Source: a bacterium
GTDB taxonomy: Bacteria > UBA8248
Direction: 5' to 3'
DNA: 64,000 nt
Assembly (NCBI GenBank): GCA_965221165.1
Contig: CBDCRP010000003.1
Coordinates: 1,248,001 to 1,312,000 of the forward strand
Below the pieces are notes generated by a model. It made no database searches and was not told where the DNA came from. It was given only the letters and a program-made list of their open reading frames with translations. Of the stretch, positions 9,443 to 20,110 are shown piece after piece; the stretch's first letter is position 1; every line of letters begins with the position of its first letter. A program made the position numbers and the translations under genes.

Positions 9443-9783
9443 CGATGGGATGGACGCGCCCTCCCGGCAACATCACACTTGGGCGAGACGACATCGTCTA
9501 CCGCCCAGCAGGGAGGAACGACCATGGAACAGGTTCACGTCATCGGAATCGATCTGGCGAAACAGGGTTTTCAACTCCACGGAGCTCGCGCGGACGGGTC
9601 GATCGCGTTCCGGAAGAAGTTGAGCAGAGTGAAGGTGTTGGGCTTTCTGGTGTCGCAACCAAGTTGTCTGGTGGCGATGGAGGCATGTGCGGGCGCGCAC
9701 TACTGGGGCCGCGAGATTGGCAATTACGGCCATGAGGTGAAGCTGATACCGCCAGTCTACGTGAAGCCGTTTGTGAAGTGCCA
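9443..9783 (+). mobile_element. IS1111-type element, left end plus truncated transposase (ATG 9524)
   Basis: CGATGGG-ATGGACGCGCCC left end as in the 7887 copy; MEQVHVIGIDLAKQGFQLHG...PPVYVKPFVK, then truncated. Confidence 0.85.
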
Positions 9784-9802
9784 GTCATATTAAGACACTT
9801 CT

Positions 9803-9980
9803 CTACGTTATTGAAAGCAATAGGTTTTTGTTCAATATCCGGTGCCGGCGGGGATGCTCCTTTTTCTGCGCCTGGGCAACCTCTAACAGTTCGAGTGCAT
9901 CTGCTGATATCACCCGGGGCGCGCCTTTGCAGGCCTGACGGGCCGGAACAACGCCGCGCTTGATCAGACGGGTTATTGTC
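9803..9980 (-). pseudogene. Possible C-terminal remnant of a large serine recombinase
   Basis: TITRLIKRGVVPARQACKGAPRVISADAL resembles the C-terminal HTH segment of recombinase-family proteins; short fragment. Confidence 0.35.
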
Positions 9981-10206
9981 CTGGTGCTGTCGTTGAGCCT
10001 TGCTGTGGCTCTAATAGGGCTCTTCGTTGTGATCGGTGATCCGATAGGCACTAGACCCTTCTGCATAGTCTTGATGCAGTTATAGAACTTAGTCTGACAC
10101 ATGATCGAAAGTGCTCGTCGAGCAGTGTTCTGTCCAAGTGCTCGCCGAAGCCGTTGGATTTGGGTCGGCGGACCTTCGTCTTGCTGTGTTCAATTTCATG
10201 AGCGCC

Positions 10207-11730
10207 TTACGCATTCCACCGTCTAATGGTCAAGCGTATATTCCCTGAGATCCTTGGACGCTTACGCTTAGCGCGGCTACCGAAGGGAATGTTTCCGATC
10301 GAGGTGTCTCCCTGCTGATCAATGATTAAGCGGCGAGAAGTACGGTTCGGGGTGCGGCTATCCCAACCATAAACGACCCGACTGGCACCGTCAGTCTGAG
10401 CTGTCACGTCGATATTCAACTTATCGGCAAAGAGTATGCCTCCTTCGTAATGATCATCAAAAAGATAACCATCAACTTCATACTCTGGCACACGGACCTG
10501 CAAACCGAGAGCAAAGCCTAGCGACGCACGACGAGGATTCACCCGAGCATTTCGCATCAGGAAGGTGGTAAAGAGTTTAGTCCTTCTCTTCGTAAGTTGG
10601 TCGTATGTCCGGAAGATTGCCGACCCTTCGTCGTAAGTGCGCCGGTTTAGTTCCACTGGCACACCTCGCGCGCTTAAGAAGGTATCGATATGATAGGAAG
10701 CACGGATTTTCCTCCCACTTTCTTTTGCTCTCTGCACTTGGGGTGGGAGAGTCACCTCAACATCGGTCATCTCAACAAGAACACGCGTATCGCCGAAGAA
10801 AAATCGACGGAGATTCTGATATCCCGATTCTGAGTTGACGAGTCCGTAGTACCCGGAGTGGCTGCGATGGACAAAGGCTCTCGGTGCACCGAGGACTGAT
10901 GCATTCTTGATTTGGACGAGTCCATCGCTAAGGGGCCCTACTGCGCGTTTCGCCAGTCCTCCTGCCGCTCCATAGTCACGCGAGTCGGTGCCGATGAGGC
11001 AGCATATACGTTCTTCTGGGTAGTGTCCATTCAGCGAGTTTATCGGCATGTTTTCCGGTAAACCGAGAAACTCTCGCATTCGCTTGGGACCAAAATTTCC
11101 AGCATTGTTCGGATCGAAAAAATCTCGTAGCCCCTCCGCCCATCCCAGCCCACGGCGAAATTCGACCCCACCGTGCGGCGTCCCATAGGTAAAGAGTTTG
11201 TCCACACCCTTCTTGCGCCAATCTCCTGATGCCTTTCCATCGCCTCCGAGATCTGGAATTTCCGGGTGCTGCAAGTAACAACGACAGATAAGTCCTCCCA
11301 TGGAATGAGCGACGAGATAAGCTCGAAAGTGCTCAGGATTCTCATTCTTGTCCAGAACGGCATGGCGCACATGCAAGAGAAACTCACACAATTTTTTGGC
11401 GTGAAATTCAATTTCTTTCCGATTGCCTTCGCCAAAATCTTCATCGGCAATATCATAATATCGAAAAATCCAGATTGATCGGCTGGGGATGGGGCCTTGG
11501 GGCAAAATCTGTCCATCGTGGTAAGCATCGACATAGCCATGATCTTTCATTAGGCGAATAACGGGCGATTCGAAGACATGGGGCCGGACCTTGCCCGTAT
11601 GGAGTTGCCGAATCTTGGTTGCTCCCAGATTAAATCCCATATACGGGGTTGATACAGTGTCCTCAATCTCTCCTTGACTGCCGGCATAACCACGAAGATA
11701 GATAATAGGATAGTAGGGTGCTTCAATCAT
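10207..11730 (-). CDS. Alpha/beta-hydrolase (PGAP1/lipase-like) with C-terminal extension
   Basis: PIIYLRGY, LVAHSMGGL nucleophile elbow, TYGTPHGG, SDGLV, HRSHSG. Confidence 0.8.
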   Translation of the reverse strand: MIEAPYYPIIYLRGYAGSQGEIEDTVSTPYMGFNLGATKIRQLHTGKVRPHVFESPVIRLMKDHGYVDAYHDGQILPQGPIPSRSIWIFRYYDIADEDFGEGNRKEIEFHAKKLCEFLLHVRHAVLDKNENPEHFRAYLVAHSMGGLICRCYLQHPEIPDLGGDGKASGDWRKKGVDKLFTYGTPHGGVEFRRGLGWAEGLRDFFDPNNAGNFGPKRMREFLGLPENMPINSLNGHYPEERICCLIGTDSRDYGAAGGLAKRAVGPLSDGLVQIKNASVLGAPRAFVHRSHSGYYGLVNSESGYQNLRRFFFGDTRVLVEMTDVEVTLPPQVQRAKESGRKIRASYHIDTFLSARGVPVELNRRTYDEGSAIFRTYDQLTKRRTKLFTTFLMRNARVNPRRASLGFALGLQVRVPEYEVDGYLFDDHYEGGILFADKLNIDVTAQTDGASRVVYGWDSRTPNRTSRRLIIDQQGDTSIGNIPFGSRAKRKRPRISGNIRLTIRRWNA

Positions 11731-11904
11731 GTTTCATTCTCCTCTTGGTTCGTTCTACCTTGCGAGCGCAGTCAGGCAAACGTTGCTTTACTTTGACTAG
11801 TAACCAAATTGTCCTCACGATCCCTCATGTTTGTCATATTTGTATAGTGCAGTCTATGGAGACCTACAACGCACATCCACTGTCGGCGTGGCTCATACCA
11901 TATC

Positions 11905-12150
11905 CTAGTAGTCCATCAGGATATCCGCGGCGATACTGTCCGTGACCCGCTCCACGGCCTCGTGCACCGAATCGCGCGCGAGGTGCGCGTAGTGCGCGGT
12001 GGTCTCGACGTGGGCATGGCCGAGCAGTTTGGCGATGATGGGGAGCGTCTCGCCGAGCACCAGGGCCCTGCTGGCGTACGAGTGGCGCAGGTCGTGAATC
12101 CACACATCAAGTAGTTTGGCCTGCGCCCTGATGTGCCGCCAGGAATGGTG
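11905..12150 (-). pseudogene. Tyrosine integrase C-terminal remnant
   Basis: IHDLRHSYAS...KLLGHAHVETTAHYAHL catalytic H-x-x-R, H, Y; N-terminal part absent. Confidence 0.8.
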
Positions 12151-12688
12151 AAGGTCGGTGATTGCGAGCCGCAAGCCGGGCTCAGAAGATCATCGTCACT
12201 ATAATCGACCACGCCGTATGCGCGAATCGGGTAACCCTCATGGGGCGCGACCCAGTGCTTACTGATTATACGTTGCGGAACCCCGGAGCATGGTAGCAGG
12301 CAAGCCGTTGCAGACCGGATTTGGAGGCTAGCTGCACGATTTGTAACCGTTTACCCGGGCCGTGATGGTAGTACCCGGATTGCTACAATTTGGTGTCTTG
12401 TCCGAATGTAATTGGTCCGGCTCAATGCTTTCGCAAACATCGAAGTCGGTAAGAACCCCAGGCATTTGCAGTGCATGGACAGCATTTCAATATTGACTTT
12501 CAATTTATAGAGGTCAGAGTCAAGCTGGCTGCGGTCCATGGTGAGGCCCACTTCCTCACGGCTCGAACGAACACTTGTAAACGTTTATCCAAGCCGTGAT
12601 GGGCACAACGCCGGGAGTATCGCCTCCATCGGATAGAATCTTCCCTTGCCACTGGTAACGAGATTCGACATGTGCTAATCATGTCGGC

Positions 12689-15004
12689 ATGACGATACGC
12701 ACAGAAGATGTTCAGGCGGAAGTTTCGTTGGTCGAGAGGCCGGATGACCCATGGCCTCATCCCCCCGGGTTGCCCGCAACCGCAGAGGCGTACTGGCGTT
12801 CGCTGTACGAGCGAGAACGTACGCGCGCGGAGACGGCGGAGGCGCGCTGCGAGGAGTTGCGGTGGAAGGAGGTGGCTTCGCGCGCGCGGGCGGGTTCGCT
12901 GAAGTGGTGTCTCGACAACTGCCGGAGGAAGCTTGCCGCGCGCGTCGGGAAGTTGAAGGAAGTCCGCCGCGCGGCGAAGAAGGACGTCCAGGCGCTCGAG
13001 GTGGAAGTGGCTCGTCTGGAGAAGCAGCTTCGCAAAGCCGGTGTCGAGCCGGGCAAGCGCAGCCCGCTCGAGTCGCTGCGCAAGGAGGTCGCCCGGTTGA
13101 ACAAGGCTCTCTCGGGCGCGTTGCCTCCGGGGGAGGCCGCGCGGCTGCACAGAGTCGTGGAGAAGCGGGAGAAGACGATAGAGTCTCTTCGCGAGGAGAT
13201 TGAGGGGCGGGAGAAGGACGTCGCCCGGCTGGAGAATCGGCTGGCCTGGGAAAAGCTGGAGACGAAGACCCACGAGAAGACCATTCAGTGTCGGGACGAG
13301 GAGGTCATCCGGCTCTGCGGGAAGTTGCGTGAATTGCGCGACGATTTGCGGGTCTCCCTCAGGGCCGCAGGTATCACGAAGGAACGGCTGAAGGAGCGGC
13401 TGTTGCACGCAAGGGAGGCGGCGCGCTCAAGGTCGCCTCGTTCGGACGAGGCGCTTCGCAAGGCCCTGGGGAGGTCGCGGCGCCAGAAGACGGCGCTCAG
13501 GTCGCTGTCGAGGGAGAACGGGCGGCTTCGCAGGGAGCTTCGCAAGTCGGAGACCCGCCGGGCGCGGCTGGAGGCCGAGCTCGCGAAGCTTCGCGCCACC
13601 GGAGCGGTGCTGGCGAGGAGGCTGTTTGGTCGCGGGAGCGAGCGTCAGGAGAGGCCGCGTTCGGAGCGCAGGCGCGGTCGTCAGCCCGGCGCCCGGGGCC
13701 ATGGCCGCACCCCGCGGCCCGCGCTCGGGGAGAGGACCGAAGTCCGCAACCCGCCGGCCGGTGCGCGCGTCTGCGCCGGTTGCGGGAAGCCCTACGTGGC
13801 CAACGGCGCCGAGGCCTCCACCATCATTGAGATCGAAGTCTCGGCCTACAGGCGCGTCATCCACCGTCCGCGGTGGCGCAGGAGGTGCGCGTGCGCGTCG
13901 TCTCCGGTGGAAGTGTCGGCGTCGCCTGCGCCGCGCCTGTTCGCGGGCACGTCCTTCGGAACCAGCGTGTGGGCGCGCTTCCTGTTCGAACGCTACGCCT
14001 GCTTCCGCCCCCTGCGGCGTGTCGCCGAATGGCTCTCCGACCAGGGGCTTCCGGTCTCCGCGGGCACGCTGGCCGCCGGCGCGCATCGGTTCACTCCCCT
14101 GTTCGAGCCGCTGGCTGCGGCGATCCTCGACCGCCAGAACGAGGCGGCGGTGCGTCATGGGGACGAGACGACGTGGCGCGTTCAGTCACTTCGCGAACAA
14201 GGACGCTCGAGCCGCGCCTGGCTGTGGACCTCGGTCAGCGAGGACGCGGTCTACTTCCACGTCGACCCCTCGCGGAGTGCGGAGGTCGCGATGAAGCTCT
14301 TCGGCGCGGCCGGCTCCCATACGGTCGTCGTCTGCGACCGCTACAGCGCCTACAAGAAGCTGGCGCGCATTCCCGGGGGTCTGGTGACTCTCGCATGGTG
14401 CTGGTCTCACGTCCGACGCGATTATATCCACTGCGCCGCCGGCGAGGAGCGGCTGACGCCCTGGTGTGAGAGATGGATCGGGCGGATCGCGCTGCTCTAC
14501 CGCCTGAACGAGGCGCACCTGGCCCGTTACGAGCCCGGCGCCGAACGACAGGGCGCGGCGTTCGAAGCGGCGCAGGCTGCGCTCAAGAAGGCGCTCGAGG
14601 GCCTGTTCGCGCAAGCCGGGCGGGAGGTGGCCGCCCTGCCCGCGCAGGCGCGCGAGGGCAAGGCGCTGCGCTCGCTGCTGAACCATCGCGAGGGGCTGAG
14701 CGTCTTCGTCGAGCGCCCCTCGGTACCGATGGACAACAACGCCAGCGAACGCGCGCTTCGGGGTCCAGTGATCGGCAGACGCCTCTCGTTCGGCTCCGAC
14801 AGCGAGGCCGGCGCCAGGTTCACGGCGATGATGTACTCGGTCCTCGGTACACTCTCATTAAACGGCGTCGACACTCTCCGCCGGCTCGATGCATGGCTCA
14901 CGGCCTGCGCGGAGAACGGCGGCCGGGCGCCCGGGGACCTCTCCGCGTGGCTGCCCTGGTCAATGGGCGCACAACGCAGGCGCGCCCTCATGGCGCCGGG
15001 ATGA
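12689..15004 (+). CDS. IS66-family DDE transposase (TnpC-like) with long N-terminal coiled coil
   Basis: LFGRGSER, GRQPGARGHGR, CAGCG zinc finger, HGDETTW, VCDRYSAY, CWSHVRR, MDNNASERALR. Confidence 0.9.
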   Translation: MTIRTEDVQAEVSLVERPDDPWPHPPGLPATAEAYWRSLYERERTRAETAEARCEELRWKEVASRARAGSLKWCLDNCRRKLAARVGKLKEVRRAAKKDVQALEVEVARLEKQLRKAGVEPGKRSPLESLRKEVARLNKALSGALPPGEAARLHRVVEKREKTIESLREEIEGREKDVARLENRLAWEKLETKTHEKTIQCRDEEVIRLCGKLRELRDDLRVSLRAAGITKERLKERLLHAREAARSRSPRSDEALRKALGRSRRQKTALRSLSRENGRLRRELRKSETRRARLEAELAKLRATGAVLARRLFGRGSERQERPRSERRRGRQPGARGHGRTPRPALGERTEVRNPPAGARVCAGCGKPYVANGAEASTIIEIEVSAYRRVIHRPRWRRRCACASSPVEVSASPAPRLFAGTSFGTSVWARFLFERYACFRPLRRVAEWLSDQGLPVSAGTLAAGAHRFTPLFEPLAAAILDRQNEAAVRHGDETTWRVQSLREQGRSSRAWLWTSVSEDAVYFHVDPSRSAEVAMKLFGAAGSHTVVVCDRYSAYKKLARIPGGLVTLAWCWSHVRRDYIHCAAGEERLTPWCERWIGRIALLYRLNEAHLARYEPGAERQGAAFEAAQAALKKALEGLFAQAGREVAALPAQAREGKALRSLLNHREGLSVFVERPSVPMDNNASERALRGPVIGRRLSFGSDSEAGARFTAMMYSVLGTLSLNGVDTLRRLDAWLTACAENGGRAPGDLSAWLPWSMGAQRRRALMAPG

Positions 15005-15008
15005 CGCC

Positions 15009-15881
15009 GTGATCGAGTGCCGCTACTACGGACGCGACTTCACGACGGAAGAGATGACGCTGCTGCGCGCGCTGATCGCAGGTCCACCTGCGCTCAACCG
15101 CCATGCGCTCTCGAAGGAGTTCTGCCGCCGCATCGGCTGGTTCAAGCCCGACGGCGGACTCAAGGACATGATGGCGCGGGTGACCATGCTCGCCATGCAC
15201 AAGGACGGCCTGATCACGCTCCCCCCGCCGAAGTGGCGCCAGAACCGGCCCGGGCCGATCGTCTTCGGACCAGATACCGAAGCGCCCCTCATCCCGGCGC
15301 CGGCGACCCTCGATGAGGTCCGCCCACTCGATATGCGCATCGTCGTGCGCGGAACCCGCGAGGGCAAGCTCTGGAACGAGTTCGTCGCCCGCTACCACTA
15401 CCTGGGCTACAAGACCCTCGTCGGCGCCCAGATGCGCTACGCCGTCCACGACCGGGGCGGCAGGCCCCTCGCCATGCTCGGCTTCTCCACCGCCGCGTGG
15501 AAGCTCGCCCCGCGCGATGCCTTCATCGGCTGGACGCCCAAGTTGCGCGAGAAGAACCTCCCCCTCGTGGTCGACAACCCGAGGTTCCTCATCCTGCCAT
15601 GGATCAAAATCCCCAACCTCGGCTCGCACCTCCTCGCCATCGTCCGCCGTCGCCTGCCCGGGGACTGGACCGAACGCTATGGCACAACCCCCGTCCTCAT
15701 CGAGACCTTCGTCGAGACGCCGCGCTACACCGGCGCCGTCTACAGGGCTTCGGGATGGATCCGCGTCGGTATGACCCAGGGGCGTGGACGCTACGACAGA
15801 TATACGAGGCGCGCCCAACCGAAAAAGGACATCTGGCTAAGGCCGCTCCGCAACAACTGGAAGCAAGTCCTCAACCGGTAA
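15009..15881 (+). CDS. DUF4338 domain protein (DruA-like), IS passenger
   Basis: RYYGRDF..., WNEFVARYHYLGY, AWKLAPRDAFIGW, NPRFLILPW, NLGSH, ETFVE, G-x-x-YRASGW; GTG start 4 nt after the transposase stop. Confidence 0.85.
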   Translation: MIECRYYGRDFTTEEMTLLRALIAGPPALNRHALSKEFCRRIGWFKPDGGLKDMMARVTMLAMHKDGLITLPPPKWRQNRPGPIVFGPDTEAPLIPAPATLDEVRPLDMRIVVRGTREGKLWNEFVARYHYLGYKTLVGAQMRYAVHDRGGRPLAMLGFSTAAWKLAPRDAFIGWTPKLREKNLPLVVDNPRFLILPWIKIPNLGSHLLAIVRRRLPGDWTERYGTTPVLIETFVETPRYTGAVYRASGWIRVGMTQGRGRYDRYTRRAQPKKDIWLRPLRNNWKQVLNR

Positions 15882-15980
15882 AATCATCCCCCATCCCGGC
15901 CCAAACTACTGCTTCAAGGCACTACCATCACGGCTTGGATAAACGTTTACGAACACTTACACGACAGGCGCTCGCATGGA

Positions 15981-16135
15981 TGCGCGGGAGTTTGAATGAT
16001 TCCGCTTGCGTTTTGATTACTTCTTACAGCAAGCAAATCTTGCACGAAACTCGAAAAAACTCATATCTGAAATAATTTCAACAAACTACAAGCATTCCAC
16101 CACCGCTAGAGATCTCCCACCGTCTGAGAACGGGC
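15981..16135 (+). repeat. Dispersed att-like repeat, copy 2
   Basis: TGCGCgGGAGTTTGAAT-N15-TTGATTAC, then about 90 bp later CTCCCACCGTCTGAGAACGGGC. Confidence 0.75.
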
Positions 16136-16633
16136 GAAATATTGGCCGATCTAGTTCTGGCGACACGAGCCAGCCAGCCTGAAATATTCGTGGTCTTCGA
16201 ATGATTTGAGCAAGGCACGCGGTATCGTCCGGGTTGACGGCGGTATTGGTGTCGGATTTTCAGAACGGGTTGGGGGTTGAGTTTCGGGGTTCGTCGTGCG
16301 GCGCATGCCGTCTGGCTCAAGGGACCGGGGCGGTGACGCAGGCTACCATCACGATATGGGCTTGTGATAGAGATAGGCCCAAGACAGGATAATCCTGACA
16401 GGGCATTTGAGTTCCTAGATGCGCACGGAGATCACAGACTATCGAGACCGAATGACATCGAACTCATCGCAAAGACCGCCGAGGAACTTACTTTGGGTAG
16501 GGGGCGAAATCAGACGCTCTTTTGCTATCATAAATCTGCGATTTGGAGAATTCACGAAATATGGGGAACGCTATTCATTTCGCGACCCAATATTTTGAGT
16601 ATCTATGGTTCTTATTTATATGGGGGAAAATCA

Positions 16634-17620
16634 ATGGCTACAGAGAACAAGAACATCGTCGTGTGCTGCGACGGCACCGCGAATGAGTTTGGAGATATCA
16701 ACACCAACGTCGTGCACACTTATGACCTAGCGATCAAGGATGAAGGGCAGACCGCCTTCTACGACCCGGGTGTGGGAACTGGAGGTTGGGAGTATGACGA
16801 GAGCACCTTTGGTTTGAAATCCCTGGCGGACCAGGCAACTGGCCACGGCCTGCAAAAGAATGTTGAGGATGCCTATCGATATCTGATGACGTGCTACAAA
16901 ACTGATGACCATATATATTTGTTCGGATTCAGCCGAGGAGCATTCACCGCACGATCTTTGGCAGGCATGATTTACAAAGTAGGTCTATTGCGGAAAGGCC
17001 ACGAAAATCTACTTGAATACGCTTCCAAGCTCTACAACACATCGCCAGATGAAGAGCCCCGCATTGATGAGATTGCGGCGGACTTCAAGAAGACATTCTC
17101 TCGTAATTGTCCCATTTATTTCATTGGCGTGTGGGACACGGTCGACTCCCGAGTCATGAACGCCGGCAAGCGGTTCGCAGACCCGACTTTGAACCCCGAT
17201 ATCTCCTTCGCCTACCATGCTTTGGCCATTGATGAGCACCGAAAGGATTTCCCCCCTTGTCTCTGGACAGAGAAACCGTCCATCGGTCAGACGGTCGAGC
17301 AGGTTTGGTTCGCTGGGGTCCATGCCGATATTGGTGGAGGGTATAAGGAGCGTGGACTAGCCAACATCACGCTGCGGTGGATGCTGGATAAGGCGGTTAA
17401 TTGCGGAATGAAGGTGGATTCTGCTCGCATGAAGGGAAATTATCGGATGAACCCGCGAGGCAAAATTCACGAGTCCAACAAGGGATTTTGGCTTTTTCGC
17501 GGGTCTGATTCCCGTCGTATTCCGAATGCCGCGTGGATTCACGCCAGCGTTAAAACTAGGCTAGAAGCTGGAAAGTATGCCCCCGAGAACCTGCCGAAGA
17601 AACCGAATTTCGTACATTGA
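16634..17620 (+). CDS. DUF2235 alpha/beta-hydrolase (Tle1 phospholipase-like)
   Basis: NIVVCCDGT, YDPGVGT, FGFSRGA, GVWDTV, HALAIDE, WFAGVHADIGGG; start at MATENK after a GGGGGA RBS. Confidence 0.9.
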   Translation: MATENKNIVVCCDGTANEFGDINTNVVHTYDLAIKDEGQTAFYDPGVGTGGWEYDESTFGLKSLADQATGHGLQKNVEDAYRYLMTCYKTDDHIYLFGFSRGAFTARSLAGMIYKVGLLRKGHENLLEYASKLYNTSPDEEPRIDEIAADFKKTFSRNCPIYFIGVWDTVDSRVMNAGKRFADPTLNPDISFAYHALAIDEHRKDFPPCLWTEKPSIGQTVEQVWFAGVHADIGGGYKERGLANITLRWMLDKAVNCGMKVDSARMKGNYRMNPRGKIHESNKGFWLFRGSDSRRIPNAAWIHASVKTRLEAGKYAPENLPKKPNFVH

Positions 17621-18071
17621 CGCGCAGAATAGGCGAGACAGCTTCTGTCGCTGCTATCGACAGGAATTGCGAAACAGCGTGCTTGAGGGCCCGCAGGTCA
17701 GTAAATTGACATCGAACGAGAATGACCCTAATTTTCTCAGTTTCGGTTACTGTCCTACAACCTGGAGTTTTGGAGATTTCCCTGGATGAGGTAGTGCGCC
17801 GATGATCACCCCCCGGCGTATTTGGGCGCTTGGGAGGCAGGAACTTGACGTCGAACCTCTAAGATAAATAGTTTTAATCCGTAGCTTTCCTCAGCTTGGT
17901 TACCCCATTAATATCTTGATGTTAGTTTTCCCGCCGCATCTATGCGGGCGAATCACGCCGAGAGCCCAAGTGTGACACTGCGCGTCTTTACAGTGTGAAA
18001 GTGTGACGGCCGATGTAGGTACAATTGTATGCGCAAAGCACTCTTATCCACATTGGTCAGGACTGCTTTGT

Positions 18072-19312
18072 TCATTCATGTTGGCGGTTACGCGCCTCAA
18101 CCCGCGCAAGTCTATCGGCAATGAGTTGAAGCGGAGGGCAATCCTTTTTCTCTGCTTCGGACCAATATGTATGATGTGGAAAAATGCGAGTTCCCATTTT
18201 GGAATTGCGGAAAGTGAACTTGTAGTCACATACCTTCGCTCTTATTCCTTCTTTCTTAATCAGCCTCAATAGCTCGCTACCTAGTGGATCTCTCTCTTCA
18301 ACGAAATTGTACCACTGCTGCACATGGACGTGACGACGTCCATACTGACCTATAGATCGCGGCCACAGGCACCGCACAACTGCTAGGGGACAACCGAAGG
18401 TGACCAATACCTTCACTCGGACATCTACCAATGTGTTCGACTCACAATCGGTCAAGCATGCAGAGAATAGCGCATCCATCAACAGCATCGAACCTTGACT
18501 ATAGGCAACGATTGAAACTTCCCTATCATGTTGGCCTTCACACACGTTTTCAGTGCTAAGGCCACCCGGTCGATGATAGCAGAGCGTAACTTAGAATCCT
18601 TCTTTTGACACTCAATGAACGCAAACGCGGAACGTGTATCATCTTCGTATTTTTCGGATGATCTTGATGTAAGAAACCAGGATAACCCACTCATGACAGT
18701 GGCTATTACTAGAATTACTCTGAGTGCGAAACGTAAAGTGCTATTCCATGATTCACCAATCTCACACGTCCAGTGTGCGGTACTAGATGGGGTCTGCAAA
18801 TCAAAAATTTTGCAGATTGCTCCAGGTACTTCGACCCCCATGGCAACTAAGGAAACTAAACCGCCTAGCAATCCAAAATAAATTATAGCCGCAAAGAAAA
18901 ATGCCCAGACCTTGTGTCGCTTCGTTACTTCTGGCACTTGATTTGGAATGAGACGGAATAACCGCCAAGTCTCGCTCACTGCTATGAAGAGTTGGATCAA
19001 AACTCGTTGGAAAGGACTGCGTTCATTGTCATGATCTGCTATAAGGTCGTCATAGACAACTTCGGTCACCTCCACATCCTTCCAACTGCACCCGTTATCT
19101 GCCAATTTCACGACGTACCTTGGGCAGTGTGCTCCATCCTTCAGAACCAAATCTTCTTCCGCTATGATCTCTGCGGATTTGAGACGCCTTTTCAATAAAT
19201 TCGCCACCATCTTCCCGGTCTGGGAATAACGTTTTCGGTATAATCCGTGTATGAACAACACGCGTTGTCGTTCAGTGGTGGCCGATTTTAGTGTTCGCAT
19301 CTGTCCAGTCAT
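18072..19312 (-). pseudogene. Membrane-associated alpha/beta-hydrolase split by a 2-bp frameshift
   Basis: N-part VLFIHGL plus TM helices (18479..19312); C-part VAYSQGS, LVTFGCPL, WYNF...DPLG, PHHTYW (18072..18545). Removing one GT from AAAACGTGTGTGAAGG (~18540) joins them as ..LKTCEGQ.. Confidence 0.7.
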
Positions 19313-19809
19313 CTATCGCGCCTTCTCATTTACGTACAATACTAGAAGTCATGGGACCTGTGTTTGCATGGCCGAGAGCAGGGTCGCCTTGTGCCGTGAC
19401 ATGCTTCAGTCCAGAATTTGGCCTTGAACTGTCCGCCAGATCATAGTCCAGTGTTGCGCATATATTCAATTGGACGGTTCTAAGTACACTGTGTCGGTGA
19501 CTGATCCGGGATGAAATACCGAGACGCCAGACTTCGAATTCCGAAAACGAAGACGGCTTGCACTGGAGTGTGGCTGCAGGTTGCCCGCTCCGGGTCCAAC
19601 ACTTGAGTTCCCGCCATAGCTGCATTCCACCAATGCGTCGCTGTTGGGTTCCGACCGCATTCGAATTGACGATGTGCTCGTGTCGCCGCGCTCCTGCAAA
19701 GGCTCGTATCGGTTATCACGGGTGAGCCTTGCTGGGCGCCTGAGCATGGCCACAATGAAGCCGTTACGGGCTGGACTTTGGAGAATTGCCCGACAGGGCC
19801 GAGCTGTGA

Positions 19810-19964
19810 TGCGCTGGAATTGTAATTCATCTGCTTTCGCCTTGATTACATTCTTAGAAACTGGATCCAGATCGAGACCGGGAAGAAAGAATTTTTCCAA
19901 TGATATCAACGAAATAACGGGATATCACGGGCGATGAAAATCCCCCACCGTCTGAAAACGGGCA
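19810..19964 (+). repeat. Dispersed att-like repeat, copy 3
   Basis: TGCGCtGGAATTGTAAT-N15-TTGATTACATTCTT...TGATATCAACGAAATA...AAATCCCCCACCGTCTGAAAACGGGCA; aligns end to end with copy 1. Confidence 0.8.
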
Positions 19965-20110
19965 ATAGCATTGATGTACGATTCATGCGAAGGAAGCAAA
20001 CTCATGGCCGTTCACACCACCATGGCGCCGGCCGGGACGACGATGCCGGCTCCTCACACCCGCCGTACGACCCACGACACCTTGGCGAGGATGCGGACGT
20101 CTTGTGCGAG

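Larger units (their letters stand above)
12577..15950 (+). mobile_element. IS66-family element (3374 bp) carrying a DUF4338 gene
   Basis: Perfect 26-bp terminal IRs GTAAACGTTTATCCAAGCCGTGATGG (12577-12602 / 15925-15950); 8-bp target duplication GAACACTT (12569-12576, 15951-15958). Confidence 0.95.

Noticed and set aside
15009-15881. Druantia defence system
   Set aside because: Only a DUF4338 gene, inside IS ends; no DruE helicase or other dru genes adjacent.
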